DNA from: Amphiscolops sp. MND2022
Lineage: Eukaryota
Reading direction: 5' to 3'
Assembly (NCBI GenBank): GCA_964187785.1
Contig: OZ076409.1
Span: 83,826,001 to 83,886,000, forward strand
DNA length: 60,000 bases
Shown here: in pieces, positions 25,301 to 35,223 of the stretch
Position numbering within the stretch: position 1 is the first letter of the stretch
Layout: every line of letters begins with the position of its first letter
Position numbers and translations under genes: made by a program
Notes under the pieces: model-generated
Database searches by the model: none
Told to the model about the DNA's origin: nothing
What the model saw: the letters and a program-made list of their open reading frames with translations, nothing else

Positions 25301-28300
25301 TCTTGTAAATTTTTCACAAACTCAACTCTCAAATTTGGTTTCTAAACAACTTTGACTGCTTGAACAATCAAATTTCGCCTATAATAGAGGAGTGCAAAGT
25401 GAATTTTTCCATTTTTTCAAAAAAATCAAAATTTCCATGCACCCCCCATTTTCGAATTTCATTTTTTCGAAATTGTCTCGCGCACCTACCTGCAAATTTT
25501 CAGACCGATCCGACCAACAGTTTTTGAGAAAATTGACATTTTTTGTCAAAAAATGGCATTTTAAAAAAATGCATTTTTCGGTCAAAATCTCAACACTCGG
25601 TAAAGCTAGCGCCCTGCGGTTTTCACCAGCGTTTTCAGCGTCCTCTTTTCTAGTTGTGTGCCAAATTTTGGCTCCGAAACTTTTTTCAATGTTGAGAAAT
25701 GTTTGTTTTTTTTGACCGAAAATGATCAAAAATTGAGTTTAAAAAATGTTCAAAATCTCGTAAACTACGCGACTTTTGAAATTTACTTCTGTGGAAAAGT
25801 CTTGTAAATTTTTCACAAACTCAACTCTCAAATTTGGTTTCTAAACAACTTTGACTGCTTGAACAATCAAATTTCGCCTATAATAGAGGAGTGCAAAGTG
25901 AATTTTTCCATTTTTCAAAAAAATCAAAATTTCCATGCACCCCCCTTTTTCGAATTTCATTTTTTCGAAATCGTCTTGCGCACCTACCTGCAAATTTTCA
26001 GACCGATCCGACCAACAGTTTTTGAGAAAATTGACATTTTTTGTCAAAAAATGGCATTTTAAAAAAATGCATTTTTTGGTCAAAATCTCAACACTCGGTA
26101 AAGCTAGCGCCCTGCGGTTTTCACCAGCGTTTTTAGCGTCCTCTTTTCTAGTTGTGTGCCAAATTTTGGCTCCGAAACTTTTTTCAATGTTGAGAAATGT
26201 TTGTTTTTTTGACCGAAAATGATCAAAAATTGAGTTTAAAAAATGTTCAAAATCTCGTAAACTACGCGACTTTTGAAATTTACTCCTGTGGAAAAGTCTT
26301 GTAAATTTTTCACAAACTCAACTCTCAAATTTGGTTTCTAAACAACTTTGACTGCTTGAACAATCAATTTTCGCCTATAATAGAGGAGTGCAAAGTGAAT
26401 TTTTCCATTTTTTCAAAAAAATCAAAATTTCCATGCACCCCCAATTTTCGAATTTCATTTTTTCGAAATCGTCTTGCGCACCTACCTGCAAATTTTCAGA
26501 CCGATCCGACAAACAGTTTTTGAGAAAATTGACATTTTTTGTCAAAAAATGGCATTTTAAAAAAATGCATTTTTTGGTCAAAATCTCAACACTCGGTAAA
26601 GCTAGCGCCCTGCGGTTTTCACCAGCGTTTTCAGCGTCCTTTTTTCTAGTTGTGTGCCAAATTTTGGCTCCGAAACTTTTTTCAATGTTGAGAAATGTTT
26701 GTTTTTTTGACCGAAAATGATCAAAAATTGAGTTTAAAAAATGTTCAAAATCTCGTAAACTACGCGACTTTTGAAATTTACTTCTGTGGAAAAGTCTTGT
26801 AAATTTTTCACAAACTCAACTCTCAAATTTGGTTTCTAAACAACTTTGACTGCTTGAACAATCAAATTTCGCCTATAATAGAGGAGTGCAAAGTGAATTT
26901 TTCCATTTTTCAAAAAAATCAAAATTTCCATGCACCCCCTTTTTCGAATTTCATTTTTTCGAAATCGTCTTGCGCACCTACCTGCAAATTTTCAGACCGA
27001 TCCGACCAACAGTTTTTGAGAAAATTGACATTTTTTGTCAAAAAATGGCATTTTAAAAAAAATGCATTTTTGGTCAAAATCTCAACACTCGGTAAAGCTA
27101 GCGCCCTGCGGTTTTCACCAGCGTTTTCAGCGTCCTCTTTTCTAGTTGTGTGCCAAATTTTGGCTCCGAAACTTTTTTCAATGTTGAGAAATGTTTGTTT
27201 TTTTGACCGAAAATGATCAAAAATTGAGTTTAAAAAATGTTCAAAATCTCGTAAACTACGCGACTTTTGAAATTTACTCCTGTGGAAAAGTCTTGTAAAT
27301 TTTTCACAAACTCAACTCTCAAATTTGGTTTCTAAACAACTTTGACTGCTTGAACATCAAATTTCGCCTATAATAGAGGAGTGCAAAGTGAATTTTTCCA
27401 TTTTTCAAAAAAATCAAAATTTCCATGCACCCCCTTTTTCGAATTTCATTTTTTCGAAATCGTCTTGCGCACCTACCTGCAAATTTTCAGACCTATCCGA
27501 CCAACAGTTTTTGAGAAAATTGACATTTTTTGTCAAAAAATGGCATTTTAAAAAAAATGCATTTTTGGTCAAAATCTCAACACTCGGTAAAGCTAGCGCC
27601 CTGCGGTTTTCACCAGCGTTTTCAGCGTCCTCTTTTCTAGTTGTGTGCCAAATTTTGGCTCCGAAACTTTTTTCAATGTTGAGAAATGTTTGTTTTTTTG
27701 ACCGAAAATGATCAAAAATTGAGTTTAAAAAATGTTCAAAATCTCGTAAACTACGCGACTTTTGAAATTTACTCCTGTGGAAAAGTCTTGTAAATTTTTC
27801 ACAAACTCAACTCTCAAATTTGGTTTCTAAACAACTTTGACTGCTTGAACATCAAATTTCGCCTATAATAGAGGAGTGCAAAGTGAATTTTTCCATTTTT
27901 TCAAAAAAATCAAAATTTCCATGCAGCCCCCTTTTTCGAATTTCATTTTTTCGAAATCGTCTTGCGCACCTACCTGCAAATTTTCAGACCGATCCGACCA
28001 ACAGTTTTTGAGAAAATTGACATTTTTTGTCAAAAAATGGCATTTTAAAAAAATGCATTTTTTGGTCAAAATCTCAACACTCGGTAAAGCTAGCGCCCTG
28101 CGGTTTTCACCAGCGTTTTCAGCGTCCTCTTTTCTAGTTGTGTGCCAAATTTTGGCTCCGAAACTTTTTTCAATGTTGAGAAATGTTTGTTTTTTTGACC
28201 GAAAATGATCAAAAATTGAGTTTAAAAAATGTTCAAAATCTCGTAAACTACGCGACTTTTGAAATTTACTCCTATGGAAAAGTCTTGTAAATTTTTCGCA

Positions 28301-28315
28301 AACTCAACTCTCAAA
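22370..28315. repeat. Tandem array of ~12 x ~498-bp units inside the Polinton
   Basis: Anchor TTCCATGCA(C/G)CCC recurs at about 22448, 22945, 23444, 23942, 24441, 24940, 25437, 25935, 26433, 26930, 27425 and 27921. Copies are nearly identical. The first copy has a diverged start containing a G14 run. Confidence 0.97.
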
Positions 28316-28375
28316 AACGATTTCCTAGGCTACTTTAAACAGAACTCTGCATAAAATGTCTTTAAATTTCGACGT

Positions 28376-28448
28376 GGTTAGTAAGCTTTTGACAGTATTT
28401 GGTTAGATTGGTTAGTAAGCTTTTGACAGTATTTGTTAGATTGGTTAG
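28376..28448. repeat. 33-34-bp tandem duplication
   Basis: GGTTAGTAAGCTTTTGACAGTATTT(G)GTTAGATT x2 plus GGTTAG, at the 3' end of the 199-aa ORF. Confidence 0.9.
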
Positions 28449-29044
28449 AATCGCTTCAAAAGTTTCTTTTCCTGCTGTTTTGCCTTCTTCACTGGTGGTG
28501 GCTCCAACGCTGCAGTTCGAGTACTATCAGGCGTCACAATTTGAGGACTCACTGTTAGATCATCACCATCTTTCGTCTCTTCGTCTTCTGTTGTACAGAC
28601 CAGAACTTCTGGGGAGACTTGTGGTGATGGAGATTCAGGATCATGTTCAACTCCCCAAAAATCTTCAAGTGAATCAACCTCCCTGAAGAAACCCATTTGA
28701 TTCTCCGTTAATGGAACCATTGCGCAGTCGTCTCTACACAGGATGCGTTTGATTTGTATAGGTAGCATTGGTAGGTCACAACGATGAAGACTTTCTATAT
28801 CCCAGTTAGACGCTGCTTCACAGTCCACAGAGTCAATCTTTCTCTTTCTTTCCAGAATCTTCTTTTCAGTCGGTTGTTTGCTCAACTTGTGATAGACCAT
28901 GTTTGGTAACAGAATATGTTGCTTTGTTTCCCACCGGTCATTTTCGTCAGACCTCATCTGTTCAATTATTGAGAGCGCTTTTTGAAATTGTGTTTCATAA
29001 ATGATGAAGCGTTTGCTTGTAAAATGTGTAAAGACAGTAGCCAT
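28445..29044 (-). CDS. Polinton accessory protein of unknown function (199 aa), acidic/Pro-rich tail with NLS-like PPPVKKAK
   Basis: ATG-initiated open ORF inside the element. No family recognised. Confidence 0.6.
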   Translation of the reverse strand: MATVFTHFTSKRFIIYETQFQKALSIIEQMRSDENDRWETKQHILLPNMVYHKLSKQPTEKKILERKRKIDSVDCEAASNWDIESLHRCDLPMLPIQIKRILCRDDCAMVPLTENQMGFFREVDSLEDFWGVEHDPESPSPQVSPEVLVCTTEDEETKDGDDLTVSPQIVTPDSTRTAALEPPPVKKAKQQEKKLLKRF

Positions 29045-29458
29045 AGTTGAATCGTCGACTTGGACAAGACCAACTGTTTGAGCGGTAGCGAATTTATCGA
29101 ATAACGGCTTGAGTTTTGAACGCTAGTGAATCTACAGTTTTTTGTTTCTCACGGTGGTCCGATTTCCACATGGTAACAATGTGTTTTGAATTATTACATT
29201 GAGTCTATTTTGATTTTTCAGATGTTTTGAATTTTAACACCAGTGTCGTGGCCTGGGCGTTTGCTGTCTACTTGAAAGATCAACGTGGGTGGCAATGATC
29301 TTGATTTATCAGTCGGCGGTGCAAGCGTTTGTTGTTTACATGAAAGATTAAAGCAGGGTGACCAAACCTTGAACCATAAAAGCCCGCCCACCTCAGACAT
29401 TGACCTTGCAATATTTACCAGGTTCTTCAAACTTTTGATTTTGTTTCCAACATTCAGA

Positions 29459-29853
29459 ATGTTCTCTGGTGATTTTACTCTTGCTAAGGACGAGGATTTT
29501 GCAGACTATTACTGTGACTTATCAGAAAAATCCAACAGAATATTGCGAGCAACGGTGAAAACATACGAGCATACAGGAACCTACGTGTTTCTAAAACTCT
29601 TCAAAAAGAAGCCAGACGCCGAATTTGCTCTGGTTCAAAAAATCACGTTGACAAAAGAAGAGTTTGAAATTCTACTGTGGAAAGGAAAATCAGTTCTACA
29701 ACCGTCGAATATCAAAAAAGTTACAAAAAAGTGCAAAAAATTAAGAAACCCTCATTTGTTGATTCTGTGGCGGAGGAGGATGACGGGGACAACGTAGACG
29801 GAGAAAACAAGGAGAATATTGATCCTAGAAAGTATGGTGGAAGCAATGTTTGA
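29459..29853 (+). CDS. PC4-like ssDNA-binding protein candidate (probable frameshift in the A-run at ~29725)
   Basis: RILRATVKTYEHTGTYVFLKLF...KITLTKEEFEIL follows the PC4 pattern (RVTV..F.G..YIDIR..KGISLT.EQW..L). The alternative frame gives an acidic tail ending ...DGENKENIDPRKYGGSNV*, whose stop overlaps the next ATG (ATGTTTGA). Confidence 0.5.
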
Positions 29854-30424
29854 GCGTTCTCCCGATTACTTTAAGCAATTTAGAAAAAACTTTCGCTTCT
29901 TTTTATTCAAGGAAAAACCCAAAGCTGGCGTGGACTTCCCATTAGATGTTGTTATTTCCATTGGCTTACACTCACCTGTGCATGATGGGCTTTGTAACGC
30001 TTTGCCAGACAATCACTATCATGTTTTGGCCCAGTGTTTTGGTGAAAATTATAAAGGGCAACCCAAAAGTTATTTATTACCATGTTTATATTCAACCTAC
30101 GCCTTACTAATTGCAAACAGTGATGAAAAGGAAATATGTGGTGAAATTTTTGAAAAATTGGATCAAGCCGTTCAATACAATTGTGACCCTCCTAATCGAA
30201 ACCCAAAGAAACTCTTGCCATCAATCTGTTTTTCTGTTCAAAAATGTGACAAGGCTGTGCAAGTCAGCTCTGGGTTGAGTCAAGGAACAATACAACGCTT
30301 GGAAAATGTTATGCTTGGACCGTATGGTGGTCATTTCCTACTCATTGCTGATATTTTTCAAACTGGTCACGGATCGCTTAATTTTGTGCCTGTGCTAACC
30401 TTTTCTCTGAATGAAATTGTTTGA
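29846..30424 (+). CDS. Polinton accessory protein with an HUH-like motif (HYHVLA), ~192 aa
   Basis: Open ORF. VVISIGLH...DNHYHVLAQC followed by LYSTY. AATAAA at ~30426 directly after the stop. Confidence 0.55.
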   Translation: MFERSPDYFKQFRKNFRFFLFKEKPKAGVDFPLDVVISIGLHSPVHDGLCNALPDNHYHVLAQCFGENYKGQPKSYLLPCLYSTYALLIANSDEKEICGEIFEKLDQAVQYNCDPPNRNPKKLLPSICFSVQKCDKAVQVSSGLSQGTIQRLENVMLGPYGGHFLLIADIFQTGHGSLNFVPVLTFSLNEIV

Positions 30425-30454
30425 GAATAAAAATGTTTGAAATTAAACATTAAA

Positions 30455-30881
30455 TTACATGAGAGTTTTTACAAAGCGAAGCAAATCAGTTTCAGAAATG
30501 TAAGAAATCAATGGATAATACGAACTTAACAAAAAATGAGCAATATAAATACAAGTTTGAATTTTGATTTTGTAACGGCGTCTTTGTGGCATCTTTTAAT
30601 GTCTGCTGAACTTGGATTGGTATCGCGGAGATTCTTTTAGCAATATTAGGATAATGTAAAAATAGGTCTAGTCCAAGGGGATCTGCAAAGTTGAAAGTAC
30701 CTTTCACGTTGCTCCAAACAATCCAATGTTTCCCAGCGCTGTTTGAGTTTTCTGAATTGACAATTACAAAAGTGTTGTTGGGTAATAGGATAGGAAACTT
30801 GTCTGCGGGATAAATTCCTCCAAACTTGTATTTCAATCTTGGGCTGTTTTTTATTAGGTGGGCAATGTAATCTTCATCCAT
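30455..30881 (-). pseudogene. Adenain-like (C5) cysteine protease, frameshifted at the catalytic Cys motif
   Basis: FGGIYPAD, IVNS...GKHWIV, FADPLG, PLQ..NSNL. The expected CGxxC is missing at ~30551, and the alternative frame continues CIYIAHFL...ETDLLRFVKTLM*. Confidence 0.85.
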
Positions 30882-30884
30882 TTT

Positions 30885-32192
30885 TCAAGTGGTAGGGTTT
30901 AACATGACGTTTTTGGAGACTTTTCTATGAGAGTCAATGTAAATTGTTGATGCTTTTTCGCCCAACAGAAACACCTCAGTGTTCACTGCCAGCGCTGCTG
31001 AAAACTTCAACTCGAGCGAAATGGCAGCGTTAGTGAGCTCAGGATAAAGAAAATCATGAGATGCTTGTTGGGTGCTAGTCAGGTCAAACACCATTACAAA
31101 ATGATTAGCATAGTCGGCGAAAGGAATTCCATGTCCATGATGACCAAAGGCGAGAGCATCCATTGTTGACATGTAAACTCGTTTTAGATCATCTGTTGCC
31201 AAAGGAGTTCCTGCAACAGGGTATCCATTCCGGTAAACAGTAACTTCGTTTAGGTTATGTTTTTGGTAATGAAATGGATTTGTGTCTTTTGAACCAAGAA
31301 AAGACGCATTACTGACGAGCGCCAAAGCGAATCGTCGAATTGGTTCTCGACTGAAAACGTCTTCCTTACTCCAACTGCGACTACCTGTCGGAATGAGAAA
31401 AGTTTTGGGTAGAACCTCTGTGTACCGATACAGAGCTGGAGTTTTTGTCAGAGTTTTCTCTATGGCTATGAAAACCTGCTCAGAAACTGTCATTTTCCGG
31501 ACGTAAAGATTGGCTTGGGGAATGGTAATTTTGTAATTTTTTGCAACGTCATCATGAATCAAAACAAACTCTGGTTTCGAACGGACAAAAGAAATTCGCA
31601 AAGTCACTCCACTCAGTAAATGTTTATCACAAGAAAATACATCAGCTGCAACTTTTCCAAAAAATGTTAATTCTCCAGACTGTCTCGACTCCAATTCTCT
31701 GTTTGTAAATGGAGTTGTTGTACTGTTCCCAGGATGCTGCTCATATGTATATCCTTGGCAACGTAACCATGTATCTTTGGCTTCCTTGCCATTCGAATAT
31801 TCGGTTTCAATAAAGGCCTTATGTGCGTAAACACCGTTTGCATTGGAAATTTTTATTCCATTAGCAGTAACAGTGCATTCGGAGAATAGAGAGTGTAATG
31901 TATTATTCACAAAAATAGGAGTGTCTGTTTGTGTTGGATCCGTTGCATCATATCGTAAGTCATTTCCATCGCTTTGTTTAATTTTGCATTTTATCTCGAG
32001 AAAAATTTTTTGTAGGTCCAAAAAATTATTTCGGTCTCCTACAACTTCAAATTCCAATGTTGGTCCATTGGGGGAGTAAATCGGGCCAATCTTTTGTTCA
32101 AAGGAAGAGTCAAATGTAATCAAAACTGGTGATCGCTCAAAAATGTCGAGGGAACTATGTGAAGCTTCGAGTGGTAAAATATAAGGCAACAT
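30885..32192 (-). CDS. Double jelly-roll major capsid protein (Polinton PY/MCP), ~435 aa, intact
   Basis: SSLDIF..., LEFEVVGDRNNFLDL, FVNNTLHSLFS, YAHKAFIE, NPFHYQ, VFDLT motifs typical of Polinton MCP. Likely ATG 32192. Confidence 0.88.
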   Translation of the reverse strand: MLPYILPLEASHSSLDIFERSPVLITFDSSFEQKIGPIYSPNGPTLEFEVVGDRNNFLDLQKIFLEIKCKIKQSDGNDLRYDATDPTQTDTPIFVNNTLHSLFSECTVTANGIKISNANGVYAHKAFIETEYSNGKEAKDTWLRCQGYTYEQHPGNSTTTPFTNRELESRQSGELTFFGKVAADVFSCDKHLLSGVTLRISFVRSKPEFVLIHDDVAKNYKITIPQANLYVRKMTVSEQVFIAIEKTLTKTPALYRYTEVLPKTFLIPTGSRSWSKEDVFSREPIRRFALALVSNASFLGSKDTNPFHYQKHNLNEVTVYRNGYPVAGTPLATDDLKRVYMSTMDALAFGHHGHGIPFADYANHFVMVFDLTSTQQASHDFLYPELTNAAISLELKFSAALAVNTEVFLLGEKASTIYIDSHRKVSKNVMLNPTT

Positions 32193-32556
32193 TTTTGACT
32201 TTTGAAAAGAAATCGGACCGACTTCTCTGTTTGCGTTTTGATTTCGTAATGGTTTTTCGTTTCTTTGAAGAACGTTTGCTTTTTCCACCAATCTGCTTCT
32301 TTATCGTCTTTTTCATAGCTGTTTTAGCAGCCTCACGTGGCGATTTTCGCTTTGCAATAACATCAAAGACCTCAGGGACACTTTGAACGAGCAATTCTTT
32401 GCCAATTTTTTTTGCAGCAGGTAAAAGAAAATTTTTTGCAAAGGGTAAAGCCACTCGGCCAATACCGGCTGCCAGTGCACCAATTCCACTACCTCGTTGT
32501 CTGTTGTAACTGGCGAAATGGGGTAAATACACTTGCTTTGAGTAATAGTCTTCCAT
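32155..32556 (-). CDS. Basic core/membrane-lytic-like virion protein (133 aa)
   Basis: YY..Q...QRGSGIGALAAGIGRVALP amphipathic N-terminus, QIGG protease-site-like motif, K/R-rich C-terminus. Lies between mCP and MCP. Confidence 0.65.
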   Translation of the reverse strand: MEDYYSKQVYLPHFASYNRQRGSGIGALAAGIGRVALPFAKNFLLPAAKKIGKELLVQSVPEVFDVIAKRKSPREAAKTAMKKTIKKQIGGKSKRSSKKRKTITKSKRKQRSRSDFFSKVKNVALYFTTRSFT

Positions 32557-33422
32557 TAGGCGAATTTTTTAAATTTTGGGGTCAAAACAACTTGACCTTT
32601 ACCACAAAAGGGTACCAGGATCCCAGTCTCTGTTCTGAGTTGAATGCTTATTGTTTGAATATTTTGAACCAACAGTTTCTTGTATTGTAAATCAAAAAAT
32701 GATCTTGTTTCCAAATTCTGGGTTGTCACGACCTTGCCACTTTCAACACGTTTCCCACTATCAATGATTCTCAAAACGGGTGCTTTTACGTCGCCCGTGT
32801 TTTGATATTCAATCAAATCAGTGTAAACAAGAATTAGACTAATGCCAGAAATCAAATCCACCGGAAAGTCATTCACAACCCATCTACTGTTCAGGATGTC
32901 TTCGTTTCCTATATGAATACCAAAAGCAGTCTCTTTTCCCTTGAATCCAAGTAGGTTGGGAATGTTTCTGTTAGGAAAAGTGCAGCCAGCATATGCATCA
33001 AATTTAATTTCTAGGCCATTTTCGGTGGATCTATGTTTACCGTCTTCCGTGAGTAAATTTACTTTTGAACGCATTTCAAAAAGTAGGTTGTTGATATGAC
33101 TGTACATCGAAGGTCTTATCTTTAGTTTTTGATAATATGGAACAACTGGTTCAGAGTCAATTTCAATTTCCTCAGCTTTTTCTTCATCAATTTCGTCAAG
33201 GTTTTCTTCATCTTCCTTCTTTTTGGTAGTGTGAACGTAATAAAAAAAGTCTGTGTAAACGTTATTAATTTCCGAGGGAAAAATAATTTCTGATAGAGCC
33301 ACACGCCAGTCGCCTTCCAGGGAAACATTTTGTGGGAGTTGATTTTTGAATGCTGCCAATGTATTGTCACCAAAAATTTCTAATGACGCTGTGGATAATA
33401 AATGAACTTCAAATTCGTCCAT
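32556..33422 (-). CDS. Minor capsid (penton-like, PX) protein, 288 aa, intact
   Basis: FEVHLLSTAS..FGDNTLAAFKNQLP...LEGDWRVALSEIIFP and LVYTDLIEYQNTGDVKAPVLRII...ISIQLRTETG, the typical Polinton mCP termini. Confidence 0.85.
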   Translation of the reverse strand: MDEFEVHLLSTASLEIFGDNTLAAFKNQLPQNVSLEGDWRVALSEIIFPSEINNVYTDFFYYVHTTKKKEDEENLDEIDEEKAEEIEIDSEPVVPYYQKLKIRPSMYSHINNLLFEMRSKVNLLTEDGKHRSTENGLEIKFDAYAGCTFPNRNIPNLLGFKGKETAFGIHIGNEDILNSRWVVNDFPVDLISGISLILVYTDLIEYQNTGDVKAPVLRIIDSGKRVESGKVVTTQNLETRSFFDLQYKKLLVQNIQTISIQLRTETGILVPFCGKGQVVLTPKFKKFA

Positions 33423-34407
33423 TTTTCTTTTTCACCAAAATCAATTCAGGCTGATAAAACTTGCCCAAGAGTTTTTCCTTCTCAGAGTCCAGTAAGTTGT
33501 AAGTTGGGGGATTGAGAGTTGCGATTTTTTCAATTTGAAAAATTTCGTCGGTAAAATTCTGTTTGTAACCTTTTTTGAAGGGTAAGTTTTCTTTTGACAC
33601 TCTCACAAAGTCACCGACTCTGAATTTCGGCACTCGTAGCTGTTTAGTGGACTTGTAAGAAACCAGAGAAATCAAATGAGGTACATCTTTATCTGAAACC
33701 TTCTTTGGAGCCAATCCTGTCACTCGGTTTACTCGTGAATTTATGATGTCAACAAAGTCATGGAGTTTTTTGATGTTTTGATAAGACCATCTCTTTTCCA
33801 AATGTTTATATATAATGTTTTTTAGAGAACGAATATTACGTTCTGCAAAAGCAGATTTTGTCTCACTATGAATGCTGTAAATGTCAATGTTTTTGGAATC
33901 GCAGAACTGCCTAAATTCCCCTTTAAACTCTGATCCCTTGTCTGACCAGATTTTTTCGGGAATGGACTTTGTTATCGTTCTTTTGAATGCTCTTGTTGAA
34001 TCTGCTGCACTTTTTGTTTTCATTGGTTCAACCCGTAGGAATCTCGATAGTACATCAACTGCAACTAGCAAGTATTTCACACCGTTGTTGTATTTTGCTA
34101 ATTTGTCCATATAAGCAACATCTATCGACCAAATCTCATTGATTCTGTAAGCTTGAACCTTCAATCGTGGAAATTTTTTTCTGGGAGCGTGATATTTTGT
34201 ATGAGCGTCTGTTTGAGCCAAAAATGTTTCCACTTTCCTTTTTGGAAGCTTACTAGCTTTTTTCAAGTTTTCAACGCTACCATAAGCAGCTGGACCTTGT
34301 GTGTAAAGTTTCTCGAGGGTTTTTCTTTCAGATTCCGAGAGATGTCCATATTTTCGATCCAGACGCTTTGCTTTTAGCAATTTCTTCAGAGTCTTCGTTG
34401 CTGGCAT
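33409..34407 (-). CDS. Retroviral-type (rve) DDE integrase, 332 aa, intact
   Basis: WSIDVAYM (D), IWSDKGSEF (D), SAFAERNIRSLK (E). C-terminal KFRVGDFVRVSK..FKKGY..NFTDEIF module. No chromodomain seen. Confidence 0.95.
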   Translation of the reverse strand: MPATKTLKKLLKAKRLDRKYGHLSESERKTLEKLYTQGPAAYGSVENLKKASKLPKRKVETFLAQTDAHTKYHAPRKKFPRLKVQAYRINEIWSIDVAYMDKLAKYNNGVKYLLVAVDVLSRFLRVEPMKTKSAADSTRAFKRTITKSIPEKIWSDKGSEFKGEFRQFCDSKNIDIYSIHSETKSAFAERNIRSLKNIIYKHLEKRWSYQNIKKLHDFVDIINSRVNRVTGLAPKKVSDKDVPHLISLVSYKSTKQLRVPKFRVGDFVRVSKENLPFKKGYKQNFTDEIFQIEKIATLNPPTYNLLDSEKEKLLGKFYQPELILVKKKNGRI

Positions 34408-34912
34408 CTGATTCGTCTCGAGTGGGTTCTGCTCTCTTTCTTGTTGTACTAGGGTTCAAAATGTTTTTGGCGTTCCGGTTAGGCACTAAATTAGGATTTA
34501 CCATCAATTCTTTAAGAATGATAGAGTATGAAGGATCAGTTAGGTTTTTGTTGGGTTGCTGCAGATTATAAAGAAATGTTGAGAGCGAAATTTTTGTGGA
34601 AATTTTGTTTACTGTAATATCGCCTGTTTCATCAAAATCAATTGTTTCGGAAGATTCAATTTTGTTCAAAATTTCTCTCGTTCTTTGTTTTTGTGCCGCT
34701 GTGAGCATATCCAAAGACTTTAAAATATTTTCTTTACTGGTTTTTTCTTTCTTTTCTACTGTTGAGGGGTCCGGAAAAGTATTGTTTCTTTGCAGTAGAG
34801 TGAGAGACTTTGCCTTTTGTTCAACTTCTGGGTCTCTCAAAACTTGCAGTGTGGAGTGTTTCTGTTGAGTATAATAACGTTTTGGGATAAGTACAAATTC
34901 TTGGGTGTTCAT
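34328..34912 (-). CDS. Polinton ORF upstream of the integrase, function unknown
   Basis: EFVLIP N-terminus and IDFDETGDITVN...LVPN motifs resembling Polinton pre-integrase ORFs. ATG at 34912. Confidence 0.6.
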   Translation of the reverse strand: MNTQEFVLIPKRYYTQQKHSTLQVLRDPEVEQKAKSLTLLQRNNTFPDPSTVEKKEKTSKENILKSLDMLTAAQKQRTREILNKIESSETIDFDETGDITVNKISTKISLSTFLYNLQQPNKNLTDPSYSIILKELMVNPNLVPNRNAKNILNPSTTRKRAEPTRDESDASNEDSEEIAKSKASGSKIWTSLGI

Positions 34913-34920
34913 AACGGAAT

Positions 34921-35223
34921 TCAATCTGTCAGGTAACAGAAATAAGGCCGAATAATAAAGTTTAACAATTTGAGACCTTTTGGTGACATTAAAATTTTTC
35001 TGCGTTCCTTATTGGAGGTAGACCTTTTACAAAGTAATCTGAGTTGGATTTCGTACTGTTTTAATTCGTCCACGTTGATACCAACCGTTCCATTCACAAC
35101 ATTGATTGCACACTCGCAACAAAATTTCAAAAATTCCTTGTCACAATGTCGTAGAAGTTTTTGTTGCTGTACTGAAGTGAGTTTTTCCAAGAGACTGAGT
35201 GTATGCAAATTTTTCTCGCTCAT
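34921..35223 (-). CDS. Small conserved Polinton protein (100 aa)
   Basis: KLLRHCDKEFLKFCCECAINVVNGTV...LRLLC...ERRKIL matches the recurrent Polinton ECxxNxxxGxV small ORF found after the ATPase. Confidence 0.65.
   Translation of the reverse strand: MSEKNLHTLSLLEKLTSVQQQKLLRHCDKEFLKFCCECAINVVNGTVGINVDELKQYEIQLRLLCKRSTSNKERRKILMSPKGLKLLNFIIRPYFCYLTD

Noticed and set aside
22271..28208. Many 60-150-aa ORFs repeated on both strands
   Set aside because: They are translations of the 498-bp unit. Homopolymer length changes shift frames freely between copies, so no coding constraint is evident.
22225..28340. Array as a TTAA-flanked (piggyBac/Kolobok) insertion
   Set aside because: TTAA occurs on both sides but the adjacent sequences are not inverted repeats of each other.
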